This document shows positions 27,770 to 38,354 of a stretch of DNA of 64,000 nucleotides, in pieces; position 1 is the stretch's first letter, and each line of letters opens with the position of its first letter. Origin of the DNA: a virus. The stretch is taken from the IMG/VR virus record IMGVR_UViG_3300032087_004567, one strand, 5' to 3'. A program made the position numbers and the translations under genes. The notes under the pieces were generated by a model. That model had not been told where the DNA came from. It was given only the letters and a program-made list of their open reading frames with translations, and ran no database searches.

Positions 27770-28750
27770 ATGTCAAAAAAGAAACTAGACGAGAAGGTAG
27801 TCGTTAAAGGGGGAGAGAATGGTGATCAAATCATTCCTGAGCCTACTGACGCTAAAGCTACTCTCCCTAAGTCGAAAGACCAGGGTGAAAAGCAACCTCC
27901 TCTTAGAACAGCATCTGATCTAGAAGCTGGTACACCTAAAGCTGGTGAGGCAAGTGCAGACGCAAATAAAGCGACTCTTAACATGAAGCCTTCTGACGCA
28001 TCTCCAAAAACTGTGGAGACATTAAATATGTCTTTAGAAGTAGCTTTTGAAGGTGAAGATTTATCAGAAGAATTTAAAGAGAAAGCTTCTACTATTTTTG
28101 AAGCTGCTGTTGCTGCTAAAGTTAAAGGTATTGAAAAGCAACTAGAAGAAGAACAACAAAAACATATTGAAGAGACTGTTGAAGCAGTAACTAAGGATCT
28201 TCATGAAAAAGTTGATAATTATTTGAATTATGTTGTTGAACAATGGATGGAGCAAAACGAACTAGCCGTTGAGTCATCACTTAAGTCAGAAATTACTGAA
28301 GAATTTATTGATGGTCTTAAGAAGTTATTCGCAGAGAATTACATCGAAGTGCCAGAAGATAAGTTAGATGTTTTAGGTGAATTAGCTCAAAAAGTTGAGG
28401 AACTTGAGTCCAAACTTGATGAGTCTATAAACGATAACATCAAGCTAAAAAACAATCTTAAAGAGCAACAAAAAACTAAACTACTCGCACAAGTCAGTGA
28501 AAGTTTAACTGTAGCTCAGAAAGAGAAGTTTGCAGATTTAGCAGAGGGTGTTGATTTTGTAGACGAAGAGTCATATGTCAAAAAGCTAAACATTGTCAAA
28601 GAGAATTATTTCAAAGTTGACAAAAAAGGCGCTGACATTGTTGAGTCTGAAGTCGAATCAGCTGAAGAGCCAGAACAGGAAACAAAACAAGTCCTATCAG
28701 GACCTGTAAGTTCTTATGTTAAGGCTATATCAAGATCATTAAAACGATAA
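27770..28750 (+). CDS. gp22: Prohead scaffold protein gp22
   Basis: LSEEFKEKA.TIFEAAV, VDNYLNYVVEQW...N.LA.E, F.ENYI.VP. Confidence 0.92.
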   Translation: MSKKKLDEKVVVKGGENGDQIIPEPTDAKATLPKSKDQGEKQPPLRTASDLEAGTPKAGEASADANKATLNMKPSDASPKTVETLNMSLEVAFEGEDLSEEFKEKASTIFEAAVAAKVKGIEKQLEEEQQKHIEETVEAVTKDLHEKVDNYLNYVVEQWMEQNELAVESSLKSEITEEFIDGLKKLFAENYIEVPEDKLDVLGELAQKVEELESKLDESINDNIKLKNNLKEQQKTKLLAQVSESLTVAQKEKFADLAEGVDFVDEESYVKKLNIVKENYFKVDKKGADIVESEVESAEEPEQETKQVLSGPVSSYVKAISRSLKR

Positions 28751-28785
28751 ATAAATTTTAACAATAATAATAAGGGGAAGTTGAA

Positions 28786-30141
28786 ATGCAACTATCAGAA
28801 GACGTCCAAAATAAGTGGAAGCCAGTCTTAGAGCATCCCGATCTCGAAAAGATCGATGATGGTCATAAGCGCGCGGTAACTGCTCAAATTTTAGAGAACA
28901 CTGAAAGGGCCTTAAGAGAAGCATCATATCAGGCTCCTGGAAGTCAATCATTAACAGAGGCTGCTCCTACTAATGCAATGGGTGGATCATCTTCAGTTGC
29001 CGGTGACGGTGCTGTTGATATTTTTGATCCAGTACTCATTAGCTTGGTAAGAAGAGCAATGCCTAACCTTATTGCATATGATATTTGTGGTGTCCAGCCA
29101 ATGACTGGTCCTACAGGTCTTATCTTTGCAATGAGATCAAGAGTAACTAGCCAAACTGGTGACGAAGTATTCTACAACGAAGCTAACACTTTACATTCAG
29201 CTAACGCTGCTACAGGTGGTACAGAAGTAGGTAATAATCACTTAGGTTCAACAGGTGCTGGTGCTAACTTAACTCAGTTAGCTACTAACACACAGATTAA
29301 CTTTGCATCTGGTGCTACTACAGATCTTTTAGAGAGAGCAGGATCTAACTCAACTGTGCTATTTAATCAAATGGCATTCTCAATTGAGAAAGTAACTGTA
29401 ACAGCTAAAGGTAGAGCGCTAAAAGCTGAGTACTCAATGGAACTTGCTCAAGATCTTAAAGCAGTACACGGTCTTGATGCAGAATCAGAGCTTTCTAACA
29501 TTCTTTCTGCTGAAATCTTAGCTGAGATCAACAGAGAAGTAGTTAGAACAATCTACGTTACTTCTAAAGTAGGTGCTCAATCAGATACAACAACTACTGG
29601 TAAGTTCGACTTAGATGTTGACTCAAACGGTAGATGGTCTGTTGAGAAGTTCAAAGGTCTAATGTTCCAATTAGAGAGAGAAGCAAACGCCATTGCAAAA
29701 GGAACTCGTAGAGGAAAAGGTAACATCGTTATTTGTTCTTCAGACGTAGCTTCTGCATTACAAATGGCAGGTGTTTTAGATTACGCTCCAGCTTTAAATT
29801 CTAACAATCTAAACGTTGATGATACTGGTAATACATTTGCTGGTGTTCTTAACGGTAGAATGAGAGTTTATATTGATCCATATGCTGGTGGTAACTATAT
29901 GATCGCAGGTTACAAAGGTTCAAATGCGTTTGACGCTGGACTGTTCTACTGCCCATATGTTCCACTACAGATGGTAAGAGCCGTTGATCCAGATACATTC
30001 CAACCTAAGATTGGTTTCAAGACTAGGTACGGTATGGTAGCTAATCCATTTAACGATGGTATTACAGGTGCTGGAACAGGTGCTTTATCAGAAGACACAA
30101 ATGAATATTACAGAAGAGTCAGAGTAGACAACATTATGTAA
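28786..30141 (+). CDS. gp23: Major capsid protein gp23
   Basis: KW.PVL, LVRRAMPNLIAYDICGVQPMTGPTGLIFAMR, RALKAEYS.ELAQDLKAVHGLDAE, FQPKIGFKTRYG. Confidence 0.97.
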   Translation: MQLSEDVQNKWKPVLEHPDLEKIDDGHKRAVTAQILENTERALREASYQAPGSQSLTEAAPTNAMGGSSSVAGDGAVDIFDPVLISLVRRAMPNLIAYDICGVQPMTGPTGLIFAMRSRVTSQTGDEVFYNEANTLHSANAATGGTEVGNNHLGSTGAGANLTQLATNTQINFASGATTDLLERAGSNSTVLFNQMAFSIEKVTVTAKGRALKAEYSMELAQDLKAVHGLDAESELSNILSAEILAEINREVVRTIYVTSKVGAQSDTTTTGKFDLDVDSNGRWSVEKFKGLMFQLEREANAIAKGTRRGKGNIVICSSDVASALQMAGVLDYAPALNSNNLNVDDTGNTFAGVLNGRMRVYIDPYAGGNYMIAGYKGSNAFDAGLFYCPYVPLQMVRAVDPDTFQPKIGFKTRYGMVANPFNDGITGAGTGALSEDTNEYYRRVRVDNIM

Positions 30142-30177
30142 ATTCAAATATTATAATAATAATATATACCTCGCACT

Positions 30178-30205
30178 AAGGGCTCTTAATTGAGCCCTTT
30201 TTTTT
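30178..30205 (+). terminator. Intrinsic terminator after gp23
   Basis: AAGGGCTC-TTAATT-GAGCCCTT followed by a T-run. Confidence 0.85.
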
Positions 30206-30211
30206 GGCTTG

Positions 30212-30219
30212 TATAAATA
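30212..30219 (+). promoter_or_regulatory. T4-type late promoter
   Basis: Exact TATAAATA just upstream of the ATG at 30225. Confidence 0.7.
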
Positions 30220-30224
30220 CTAAT

Positions 30225-30773
30225 ATGGCAGCTATAGCAAACACACCTACAAATAAAAACTTTTTATCACCATTAGGGTTTACTTTTTCTATAAAGAAAC
30301 TTCCTAATGTTAACTATTTTGTACAAACAGCAGAGATACCTGGTATTACTTTAGGTCAAGCTGATATACAAACACCCTTTACTCGTTTACCTGTTTATGG
30401 TGATCATATTGAATTTGGAGTTCTTAATATTACATTTGCAATAGATGAAGATATGGTTAACTATACTGAGTTGTTTAATTGGATTAATGCACTAGGTACA
30501 CCTGAAAGTGGTGCACAACATAAGTCAGTATTTCCCGCCGATAGGCCTGGCTTTGAAGGGACTGCACAACCTATGACTGGTGATGGTGCATATTCAGATG
30601 CATCTTTAATGGTTCTTAATTCAGTAAAAGCACCCGTAAAAGAATTTGTATTTAAAGATCTATATCCTACCTCATTAACTGATGTTGCATTTGATGTTAC
30701 TGCAACAGATGTTAGTTATGTAATTGCATCTGTAGCATTTGCATTCCGAAACTTCACGTTGAACTCTGTTTAA
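30225..30773 (+). CDS. gp3: Tail tube terminator / tail completion protein (gp3-like)
   Basis: NFLSPLGF.F...KLP.V.YF.Q...IPG, F.IDEDM.NY.E..NW, SDA.L, F.DLYP.SL. Confidence 0.8.
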   Translation: MAAIANTPTNKNFLSPLGFTFSIKKLPNVNYFVQTAEIPGITLGQADIQTPFTRLPVYGDHIEFGVLNITFAIDEDMVNYTELFNWINALGTPESGAQHKSVFPADRPGFEGTAQPMTGDGAYSDASLMVLNSVKAPVKEFVFKDLYPTSLTDVAFDVTATDVSYVIASVAFAFRNFTLNSV

Positions 30774-30787
30774 GTTTAGTCTATAAT
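30759..30787 (+). promoter_or_regulatory. Sigma70-like early/middle promoter (uvsY)
   Basis: TTGAAC-N17-TATAAT. Confidence 0.65.
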
Positions 30788-30817
30788 ATAAAGACTGTTA
30801 TAAATTATTTTTTTATT

Positions 30818-31252
30818 ATGAAACTAGAAGAAATTCAAACTATATGGCGTAATGATTCTAATATAGATAGAACCGAACTTGGTGAAGAAAGTTTACGCAT
30901 ACCTCAATTACATTCAAAATATTATAATATGTTCTCTGCTGAAAGAATGCAACTAAGAAAACTAGAACAAGATTATAATTTATTATACAAGTTGAAATTT
31001 GAGTATTATAATGGTACAATAAGTGAAGAAGAATTAAAAGAGAATGCATGGGAGCCTTTTCAGTTAAAAATACTAAAAACTGATTTATCTATTTACATGC
31101 AATCGGATGTACATCTAAAAAATTTATCACTTAAGATAGCTGTACAAAAAGAGAAAGTTGAATTTTTAGAATCAGTAATAAAGAATTTACCTGCTAGAGG
31201 TTATCAGATAAACGCAGCTATAACATGGGAAAAGTTTAAAGTTGGAGCTTAG
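30818..31252 (+). CDS. uvsY: Recombination mediator UvsY
   Basis: W..DS.ID..EL.EES..IPQLHSKY, YY.G, RGYQI..AI.W.KF. Confidence 0.88.
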   Translation: MKLEEIQTIWRNDSNIDRTELGEESLRIPQLHSKYYNMFSAERMQLRKLEQDYNLLYKLKFEYYNGTISEEELKENAWEPFQLKILKTDLSIYMQSDVHLKNLSLKIAVQKEKVEFLESVIKNLPARGYQINAAITWEKFKVGA

Positions 31253-32693
31253 AGTAGAAAAGATAAACGATGTACATATGAAGATACATTGTGAGAATGA
31301 TCTTGCATATGAATTATCAGACTATTTTACTTTTAATGTACCAGGTGCTAGATTTTCTCCTGCATTTAGAAATAGAGTATGGGATGGAAAGATAAGATTA
31401 TTTTCTAAAGCAACACATTATCTTTATCTTGGATTATTACCATATGTACAAAGATTTGCTAAAGAGAGAGGTTATGAGCTTACCCTTGACTTGTCAGAGT
31501 TCTCTGACATTAACTTTAATTTAAAGGAAGCGGAAGAGTTTATATCCTCTCTTAACCTAACTCTTAAACCAAGAGACTATCAATTAGATGCATTTGTACA
31601 TGCAATAAAAAAGAAAAGAGCATTATTATTATCTCCTACTGCATCAGGCAAGTCATTAATAATATATTTGGTATCAAAGTATTATGAATCTGATCCTGAA
31701 AAAGTATTAATTATTGTACCTACAACTTCATTAGTACATCAAATGTCATCTGACTTTGTTAGTTATGGTTGTAATGAAAATCAAATACATAAAATATTTT
31801 CCGGTCAAGATAAAGTAACTGATTGTAATTATGTTATTACAACCTGGCAATCGATATATAAAATGCCCAAGCCTTGGTTTACACAATTTCATTGTGTTAT
31901 AGGAGATGAGGCGCATTTATTTAAAGCTAAAAGTTTAACTTCTATAATGACTAAGTTAATTGAATGTCCTTACAAGTATGGTTTTACTGGTACTTTAGAT
32001 GGTACGCAAACACATAAGCTTGTACTAGAAGGTTTATTTGGTAAAGTAGAAAAAATAACTACTACTGCAGAATTAATAGAACAAAAACATTTATCTAATT
32101 TTAAAATAAAAGCAATTGCATTAAACTATAACGATGAAATAAAGAAGCAACTTAAAGGTATAGACTATCAATCAGAAGTTGATTATATTAATTCATATGA
32201 ACCAAGAAATAAATTTATATCAAATCTCATATCAACCTTAGAAGGCAATACATTATTGTTATTTAAGATTATAGATCATGGTAAGAAACTATTTGATTTA
32301 ATTAAGAAAACAATCGATAATAGAAAAGTATACTATGTAGATGGATCGGTTGATGGTATGTTACGAGAAGATATAAGAGAAGATATTGAAAAGCAAAAAG
32401 ATGGTATTATAGTTGCATCACTAGGTACATTCTCAACAGGTGTAAATATACGTAACCTACATAATATAGTATTTGCAAGTCCTAGTAAGTCAAGAATAAA
32501 AACCCTACAATCGATTGGAAGAGGTTTAAGACTAGGTAAAAATAAAACTGTTGCAACACTGTATGATTTAGTAGATGATATATCATGGAAGTCAAAAAAG
32601 AACTATACTCTACTACATTTTATTGAAAGAGTAAAAATGTATGATGATGAAAAATTTGATTATAAAATCTATAACGTTAACCTAGGTAATTAA
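31242..32693 (+). CDS. uvsW: DNA helicase UvsW
   Basis: WDGKIRL, PRDYQ, SPTASGKS, DEAH, QSIGRGLR. Confidence 0.93.
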   Translation: MELRVEKINDVHMKIHCENDLAYELSDYFTFNVPGARFSPAFRNRVWDGKIRLFSKATHYLYLGLLPYVQRFAKERGYELTLDLSEFSDINFNLKEAEEFISSLNLTLKPRDYQLDAFVHAIKKKRALLLSPTASGKSLIIYLVSKYYESDPEKVLIIVPTTSLVHQMSSDFVSYGCNENQIHKIFSGQDKVTDCNYVITTWQSIYKMPKPWFTQFHCVIGDEAHLFKAKSLTSIMTKLIECPYKYGFTGTLDGTQTHKLVLEGLFGKVEKITTTAELIEQKHLSNFKIKAIALNYNDEIKKQLKGIDYQSEVDYINSYEPRNKFISNLISTLEGNTLLLFKIIDHGKKLFDLIKKTIDNRKVYYVDGSVDGMLREDIREDIEKQKDGIIVASLGTFSTGVNIRNLHNIVFASPSKSRIKTLQSIGRGLRLGKNKTVATLYDLVDDISWKSKKNYTLLHFIERVKMYDDEKFDYKIYNVNLGN

Positions 32694-32694
32694 A

Positions 32695-33102
32695 ATGTAT
32701 ACAATAATAAAATTACATAATGGTTCTGAAATAATTGGAGTATTACTTGATGATAAAGATGATTATTTAATGCAAAATCCTTTTCAAATATTCTACCTTA
32801 GAGATAAAACTATATCGCAAAGACCTCAAATATCAGTACAGAAGTTTATGCCTTTAAGTAAAGAAAAAACATTTGTATTTAGAAAAGAAGATGTACTAAC
32901 TTTATCAACACCAATAGATGGTATACAAAAATATTATGACACAGCATTAAAATATTATGATGATGCAGAAAAAGAATTAAATACAGAACTATCTAAAGCA
33001 GCAAAAGAATTAGACGAAGAAGAAATATTATACAGTGAGCGAGATGCAGATCTTAAAGATGCATACATTGAATACGCAACAAAGAAACCAACTATAAATT
33101 AA
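32695..33102 (+). CDS. Conserved hypothetical protein (Sm-like N-terminus)
   Basis: IIKL.NG.EIIG N-term; located between uvsW and gp55. Confidence 0.55.
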   Translation: MYTIIKLHNGSEIIGVLLDDKDDYLMQNPFQIFYLRDKTISQRPQISVQKFMPLSKEKTFVFRKEDVLTLSTPIDGIQKYYDTALKYYDDAEKELNTELSKAAKELDEEEILYSERDADLKDAYIEYATKKPTIN

Positions 33103-33110
33103 GGTAAATA

Positions 33111-33674
33111 ATGGCTGAATCACATTATGTAGATAATAAAAAACTATATCAAGCAATATTAGAATATAAAAAAGACGTTAAATTAAAATTAGATCAAGGC
33201 AAAGATAAACCACCAATACCAAGATATGTTGGTCATTGTATGTTAATGATTGCAAATAGACTATCCCTTAAACCTAACTTTGCAAATTATTCTTATAGAG
33301 AAGAAATGATATCTGATGGTGTAGAAAATTGTGTATGCTATTTTGATAACTATGATCCAGAAAGATATAATAATCCATTTGCATATTTTACCCAGATAAT
33401 TTATTTTGCATTCTTAAGAAGAATACAGAAAGAAAAGAAACAACTTTATATTAAACATAAGTCATTAGAGAATAGCTTAATATTAGAAGAATTACATAAT
33501 CAAGGTGAGCATGATGATGGTAAATATAAACCAGCTTACATTGATATTGATAATGAAAATATGCAAGAGTTTGTAAAGACTTTTGAAACTAATTTACTTA
33601 ATAAACGTAAGAAGAAGAAAAAAGGCGTTGAGAAATTTATAGAGGAAGATAATGAAAATAGCTCTACTGGGTGA
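33111..33674 (+). CDS. gp55: Late-transcription sigma factor gp55
   Basis: HYVDNK, IANRLS.KPNF.NY.YREEMISDG.ENC, NPFAYFTQI.Y.AFLRRI.KEK. Confidence 0.93.
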   Translation: MAESHYVDNKKLYQAILEYKKDVKLKLDQGKDKPPIPRYVGHCMLMIANRLSLKPNFANYSYREEMISDGVENCVCYFDNYDPERYNNPFAYFTQIIYFAFLRRIQKEKKQLYIKHKSLENSLILEELHNQGEHDDGKYKPAYIDIDNENMQEFVKTFETNLLNKRKKKKKGVEKFIEEDNENSSTG

Positions 33675-34713
33675 TACCCACTTTGGTGCTAGAGGTGATA
33701 ATATACATTTTCATAGGTACTTTAAAAAGTTTTATGATAATGTCTTTTTTCCATATCTAGAAGAACATAATATAAATCGCATAATACAATTCGGTGATAT
33801 ATTTGATAGAAGAAAATATATAAACTTTCATTCATTACAATTATGTAAAGAATATTTCTTTGATAAACTAAAAGAAAAGAAAATACCAGCATGGATACTT
33901 ACCGGTAATCATGATACGTATTTTAAAAATACTAATAATGTTAATTCACCTAATCTACTACTACAAGAATATGATAACTTAGCATTAATAAACGAACCTG
34001 TAGATATAACTATGGATGGTTTAGATTTATTATTAGTACCTTGGATGTGTTTAGATAATCATCAAATGTGTATGGATGCAATGAAGAATACTAAATCGCA
34101 AATAGTAATAGGTCATTTTGAGATAAAAGGTTTTGAAATGCATATTGGTGCATTTTGTGATAAAGGTCTGAATGAAGATATTTTTAGTAAATTTGATACA
34201 GTACTATCGGGTCATTTTCATCATAAGTCTAATCGTAAAAATATAACTTATGTTGGTACACCATATGAAATGACTTGGTCTGATTTTGAAGATCCTAAAG
34301 GCTTTCATATTTTAGATACTGAAACTAGAGAAATAGAATATGTAAGAAATCCATATACTATGTTCCATAAAGTATGGTATGATGATAGTAATGCATCGAT
34401 GGATGAAATACTTGCACAAGATGTAGAGAAATATAACGGATGTATAGTTAAAGTAATAATTAAGAATAAACTTAATCCGGTATGGTTTGATATGTTTATT
34501 GAAAAGATAGAAAAGTCTGGTGTAGTAGATATGCAAATTGTAGAAGATCATCTAAACTTAAATTTAGAAGATGATGAAGATATTATTTCGGAAGCAGAAG
34601 ATACACCTACAATCCTTAGCAAATACATAGATTCCTTAGATATAAAGGCAGATAAAAAACAGCTTGAAAATTTATTGAGAAGTTTATATAATGAAGCTTT
34701 AACACTTGGATAG
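33652..34713 (+). CDS. gp47: Recombination endonuclease gp47 (Mre11/SbcD-like)
   Basis: GDTHFG, GD.FD.R, GNHD, SGHFH. Confidence 0.93.
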   Translation: MKIALLGDTHFGARGDNIHFHRYFKKFYDNVFFPYLEEHNINRIIQFGDIFDRRKYINFHSLQLCKEYFFDKLKEKKIPAWILTGNHDTYFKNTNNVNSPNLLLQEYDNLALINEPVDITMDGLDLLLVPWMCLDNHQMCMDAMKNTKSQIVIGHFEIKGFEMHIGAFCDKGLNEDIFSKFDTVLSGHFHHKSNRKNITYVGTPYEMTWSDFEDPKGFHILDTETREIEYVRNPYTMFHKVWYDDSNASMDEILAQDVEKYNGCIVKVIIKNKLNPVWFDMFIEKIEKSGVVDMQIVEDHLNLNLEDDEDIISEAEDTPTILSKYIDSLDIKADKKQLENLLRSLYNEALTLG

Positions 34714-34715
34714 TT

Positions 34716-35249
34716 ATGAATATTTTTATATTAGATCTTGATATGGAAGAATGTGCAAAGGCTATGGTCGATCGACATATAGTTAAGATGCCTACTGAAT
34801 CATTACAGCTTTTAAGTACATCGCATAGAATGTTAGATGGTAATATGTACACCACTTGGAATAAACGTGGTGCTAAGATGACAAAATATTATCTTAATGA
34901 TGGTAGAGAAGATATTATAGCTAAAGACTGTCATCATAAACATCCGTGTCAGATATGGCTACAAAAATCACCTCGTAATTACGATTACTTATTCAGACTT
35001 ACTAAAGTAATGTGTAAAGAATATACATTTAGATATGGTAGGGTTCATGGTGTTGAAAAACGTTTAGATGATATAAAATCTCCACCACGTAATATTGGTA
35101 AGGATCCTTTTACATTACCACCTCAAGCTATGGATGAAGAATATAGACGTAACGACTTAGTAGAAGGTTATAAGAACTATTATAGAAAGGCTAAAAAACA
35201 TCTAGCAGCATGGAAAAATAGACCAGTACCTGCTTGGTATAATATATGA
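34716..35249 (+). CDS. Pyrimidine-dimer DNA glycosylase-like protein (DenV/EndoV family)
   Basis: MNIF.LD...A....D.H.VKM..E..QLLS..H, H..HP...W, EYT.RYG..H, PQAM..EY, Y..YY...K, W..R..P.W. Confidence 0.72.
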   Translation: MNIFILDLDMEECAKAMVDRHIVKMPTESLQLLSTSHRMLDGNMYTTWNKRGAKMTKYYLNDGREDIIAKDCHHKHPCQIWLQKSPRNYDYLFRLTKVMCKEYTFRYGRVHGVEKRLDDIKSPPRNIGKDPFTLPPQAMDEEYRRNDLVEGYKNYYRKAKKHLAAWKNRPVPAWYNI

Positions 35250-36961
35250 TAATATTTGAATCGGTTAAATGGAAAAATCTATTAAGTACTGGTAACTCAT
35301 TTACTAAAATAGATATAACTAAAAATAAAAATACTCTAATGATTGGATCTAATGGTGCTGGTAAAAGTACTATATTAGATGCATTATGTTTTGGTTTATA
35401 TAATAAACCTTTTAGAAAGATACCTAAAGGTCATTTAGTAAATATGATCAATCAAAAGAACTTAGAGGTAGAAATAGAGTTTAGAGTGGGTAAAAGAAAT
35501 TATCGTATAGTTAGAGGTATAAAACCTAATAAGTTTGAAATATACTTAGATGATAATCTTATAGATCAAAATGCTGATGCAAAAGAGTATCAAGAATACT
35601 TAGAGAAGAATATACTAAAACTTAATCATAAATCGTTTTGTCAAATAGTTGTACTAGGTTCAGCTAACTTTCAACCTTTTATGCAATTATCTGTTACCAA
35701 TAGAAGACAAATAATAGAAGATTTATTAGACATACAAATATTTTCATTAATGAATAATATTTTAAAAACTAAGTTAAGTGATAATAAGTTAGAACTTAAT
35801 GAGGCTAGTTTTAATATTAGAAATAATGCAGATAAAATTACAATGCTTAAAGAGCATTTAGAAAAGCTTAAACAGAATAATGAAGATCTTATTAAACAAA
35901 AAGAAGATAAGATAGATGAGTATAGAAAGCAAATAGCTACTAATAATAAAACTATAAAAGATCTTACTGTTGATCTAAAAGCAAAACTAGATAGTATCTC
36001 TGATGGTGAAAAGCTTAAACTAAAAGATAAAGAAGTATGGAAATCTATACAAACACTTTCTGCTAAAAAGAGTCAGATAGAATCAGAAATAGAATTCTTT
36101 ACTGATCATAATGATTGTCCTACTTGTAAGCAGGGTATAGATCATGAACATAAACAAAGTATAGTTTCAAAAGATAACGAAAAGATAGAAGAGATAACTG
36201 AAATAGAAAAAAAGCTTGACGATACTCATGATAAGATAGCTGCTAGGTTTAAAGAAATAAATGCTATTAAAGTAAAGATAGATGAGCTTAATAAGACCAT
36301 ATCAAATTGCACAGTACAAATTGAGACTTATAACAATTTTATAACTGACCTGACTACTGAGATAACTAAGATAAAAAAGGATTCTAAAGATGGTGAGGAT
36401 AATTCTGAAGAGTTAAAGAAGTATAAAAACGATCTTAAAAAAGCTATAGAGAATAAAGAAACGTTAGCAAAGGATAAACAGTTATTAGATATTGCAGTTC
36501 ATATATTACGTGATAGTGGTATAAAGACAAAGATTATAAAGCAGTATGTACCAGTAATGAATAAATTAATAAATAAGTATCTCGCTGCATTAGACTTCTT
36601 TGTTAATTTTAACCTTAATGAAAATTTTGAAGAGACAATAAAGTCTAGACATAGAGATAATTTTGTATATGAAAATTTTTCTCAAGGTGAGAAACTTAGA
36701 ATTGATTTAGCGTTATTATTTACTTGGAGGGCAATAGCTAAGTTAAGAAATAGTGCTAATACTAATTTATTAATTATGGATGAAATATTAGATTCATCTT
36801 TAGATATGGATGGTACTGATGAGTTTCTAAAGTTGATACAACAGTTGACTGAAGAAACAAATGTCTTTATAATATCCCATAAAGGTGATCAATTATTTGA
36901 AAAATTTGATAATGTAATGAGATTTGAGAAATATAAAAACTTTTCGAGGATGATAGTATGA
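35246..36961 (+). CDS. gp46: Recombination ATPase gp46 (Rad50/SbcC-like)
   Basis: GSNGAGKST, CPTC zinc hook, FSQGEK, MDE..DSSLD, ISH. Confidence 0.94.
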   Translation: MIIFESVKWKNLLSTGNSFTKIDITKNKNTLMIGSNGAGKSTILDALCFGLYNKPFRKIPKGHLVNMINQKNLEVEIEFRVGKRNYRIVRGIKPNKFEIYLDDNLIDQNADAKEYQEYLEKNILKLNHKSFCQIVVLGSANFQPFMQLSVTNRRQIIEDLLDIQIFSLMNNILKTKLSDNKLELNEASFNIRNNADKITMLKEHLEKLKQNNEDLIKQKEDKIDEYRKQIATNNKTIKDLTVDLKAKLDSISDGEKLKLKDKEVWKSIQTLSAKKSQIESEIEFFTDHNDCPTCKQGIDHEHKQSIVSKDNEKIEEITEIEKKLDDTHDKIAARFKEINAIKVKIDELNKTISNCTVQIETYNNFITDLTTEITKIKKDSKDGEDNSEELKKYKNDLKKAIENKETLAKDKQLLDIAVHILRDSGIKTKIIKQYVPVMNKLINKYLAALDFFVNFNLNENFEETIKSRHRDNFVYENFSQGEKLRIDLALLFTWRAIAKLRNSANTNLLIMDEILDSSLDMDGTDEFLKLIQQLTEETNVFIISHKGDQLFEKFDNVMRFEKYKNFSRMIV

Positions 36962-37479
36962 TATATGATTTAGTACCTGAAGATGATCCTATACTTCAAA
37001 GAAGACTAGATAACTTTAACGTAGCAGAACCTCCGATAGACCCAAGAGAGCTTGCAAATAATCTAATAGAGACTATGGTGGAGCATAATGGACTAGGTAT
37101 ATCAGCTAATCAATGTGGTTTACCTTATAGGGTGTTCGTAATGAGATCAATAGAACCATTAGTAGTAATTAATCCAAGAATAGTTGATACATCTACTAAA
37201 GAAGTACTAATGGAAGAAGGTTGTATATCTTTTCCTAATCTGGTTATAAAAATTAAAAGACCAGAAAAAATTAAAGTACGATATGTTACCTTAAAAGAAT
37301 TTGAACCGATGCAGTTAGATACAATAACTGAAACTTTTCATGGAATGTCTGCAAGGGTATTCCAACACGAACTCGATCATTTAAATGGAATTGACTATAG
37401 AACTAGAGCAAATAGTATTCATTTAGATAGAGGAATGAGAAAGCGAAAGAGACTAGAGAGACAATCTAGAAGTCTGTGA
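36958..37479 (+). CDS. def: Peptide deformylase
   Basis: GLGISANQCG, EGCISFP, QHELDHL.G. Confidence 0.92.
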   Translation: MIYDLVPEDDPILQRRLDNFNVAEPPIDPRELANNLIETMVEHNGLGISANQCGLPYRVFVMRSIEPLVVINPRIVDTSTKEVLMEEGCISFPNLVIKIKRPEKIKVRYVTLKEFEPMQLDTITETFHGMSARVFQHELDHLNGIDYRTRANSIHLDRGMRKRKRLERQSRSL

Positions 37480-37504
37480 CCTTCCACAATAACTAGGAGA
37501 ATAA

Positions 37505-38353
37505 ATGCAAAAAATAAAAGTAGCTGAAATATTTTATAGTATTCAGGGTGAAGGCTTGTACGCTGGTGTACCTAGTATATTTTTAAGAACCTTTGGATGT
37601 AATTTTACATGTTCAGGTTTTGGTATGCCAAGAGGACAAGTTAGCGATGAAAGAAATAAAATACCTATTACTGAGACAAGTACATATGATAATTTACCAT
37701 TAGTAAAGACCGGTTGTGATTCATATGCATCTTGGGATCCAAGATTTAAAAATCTATCTAAGTTCTATACATTAGAAGAGATAGAAGATATTATTATAGA
37801 TTTATTACCGTATAAGGAATGGAGAGATGAGCATCTTATCATTACTGGTGGTGAACCATTACTTGGTTGGCAAAAGGCATATATTAATCTCTTACAGAGA
37901 GATAAGATGAAGAAATGTAAACATATTACTTTTGAAACTAATGGCACGCAAGAATTAAGAGATGAGTTTAGTGAGTTTTTAAATAACTGGTCTGTTGATA
38001 ATGAAACTAACTTTACATTTAGTGTAAGTACTAAACTAAGCCCTTCTGGTGAAAAATTTGAAGATGCAGTTAAACCAGAAGTTATATCTAGTTACAGTAT
38101 AGGTAATCAATTATTTTTTAAATTTGTAATTGATAGTGACGAAGATGTAGAAGAGATAGAAAAAGCACTTAAGGTCTATGATCTAAAAGAAGTAACCGGT
38201 CATGAACCTATAGTATATGTTATGCCTGTTGGTGGCACGTCAGATTTATACGATGTCAACAGAAGAAAGGTTGCAGAAATAGCTATGAAAAAAGGTTGGA
38301 GATTTAGTCCACGTCTGCAGGTTGATATTTGGAAAAACGCATGGGGTACTTAA
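37505..38353 (+). CDS. queE: 7-carboxy-7-deazaguanine synthase (radical SAM)
   Basis: EIFYSIQGEG...G.P.IFLR..GCN..C...CDS, ITGGEPL, FETNGT, S.KL, SPRL.V..W. Confidence 0.9.
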   Translation: MQKIKVAEIFYSIQGEGLYAGVPSIFLRTFGCNFTCSGFGMPRGQVSDERNKIPITETSTYDNLPLVKTGCDSYASWDPRFKNLSKFYTLEEIEDIIIDLLPYKEWRDEHLIITGGEPLLGWQKAYINLLQRDKMKKCKHITFETNGTQELRDEFSEFLNNWSVDNETNFTFSVSTKLSPSGEKFEDAVKPEVISSYSIGNQLFFKFVIDSDEDVEEIEKALKVYDLKEVTGHEPIVYVMPVGGTSDLYDVNRRKVAEIAMKKGWRFSPRLQVDIWKNAWGT

Positions 38354-38354
38354 T

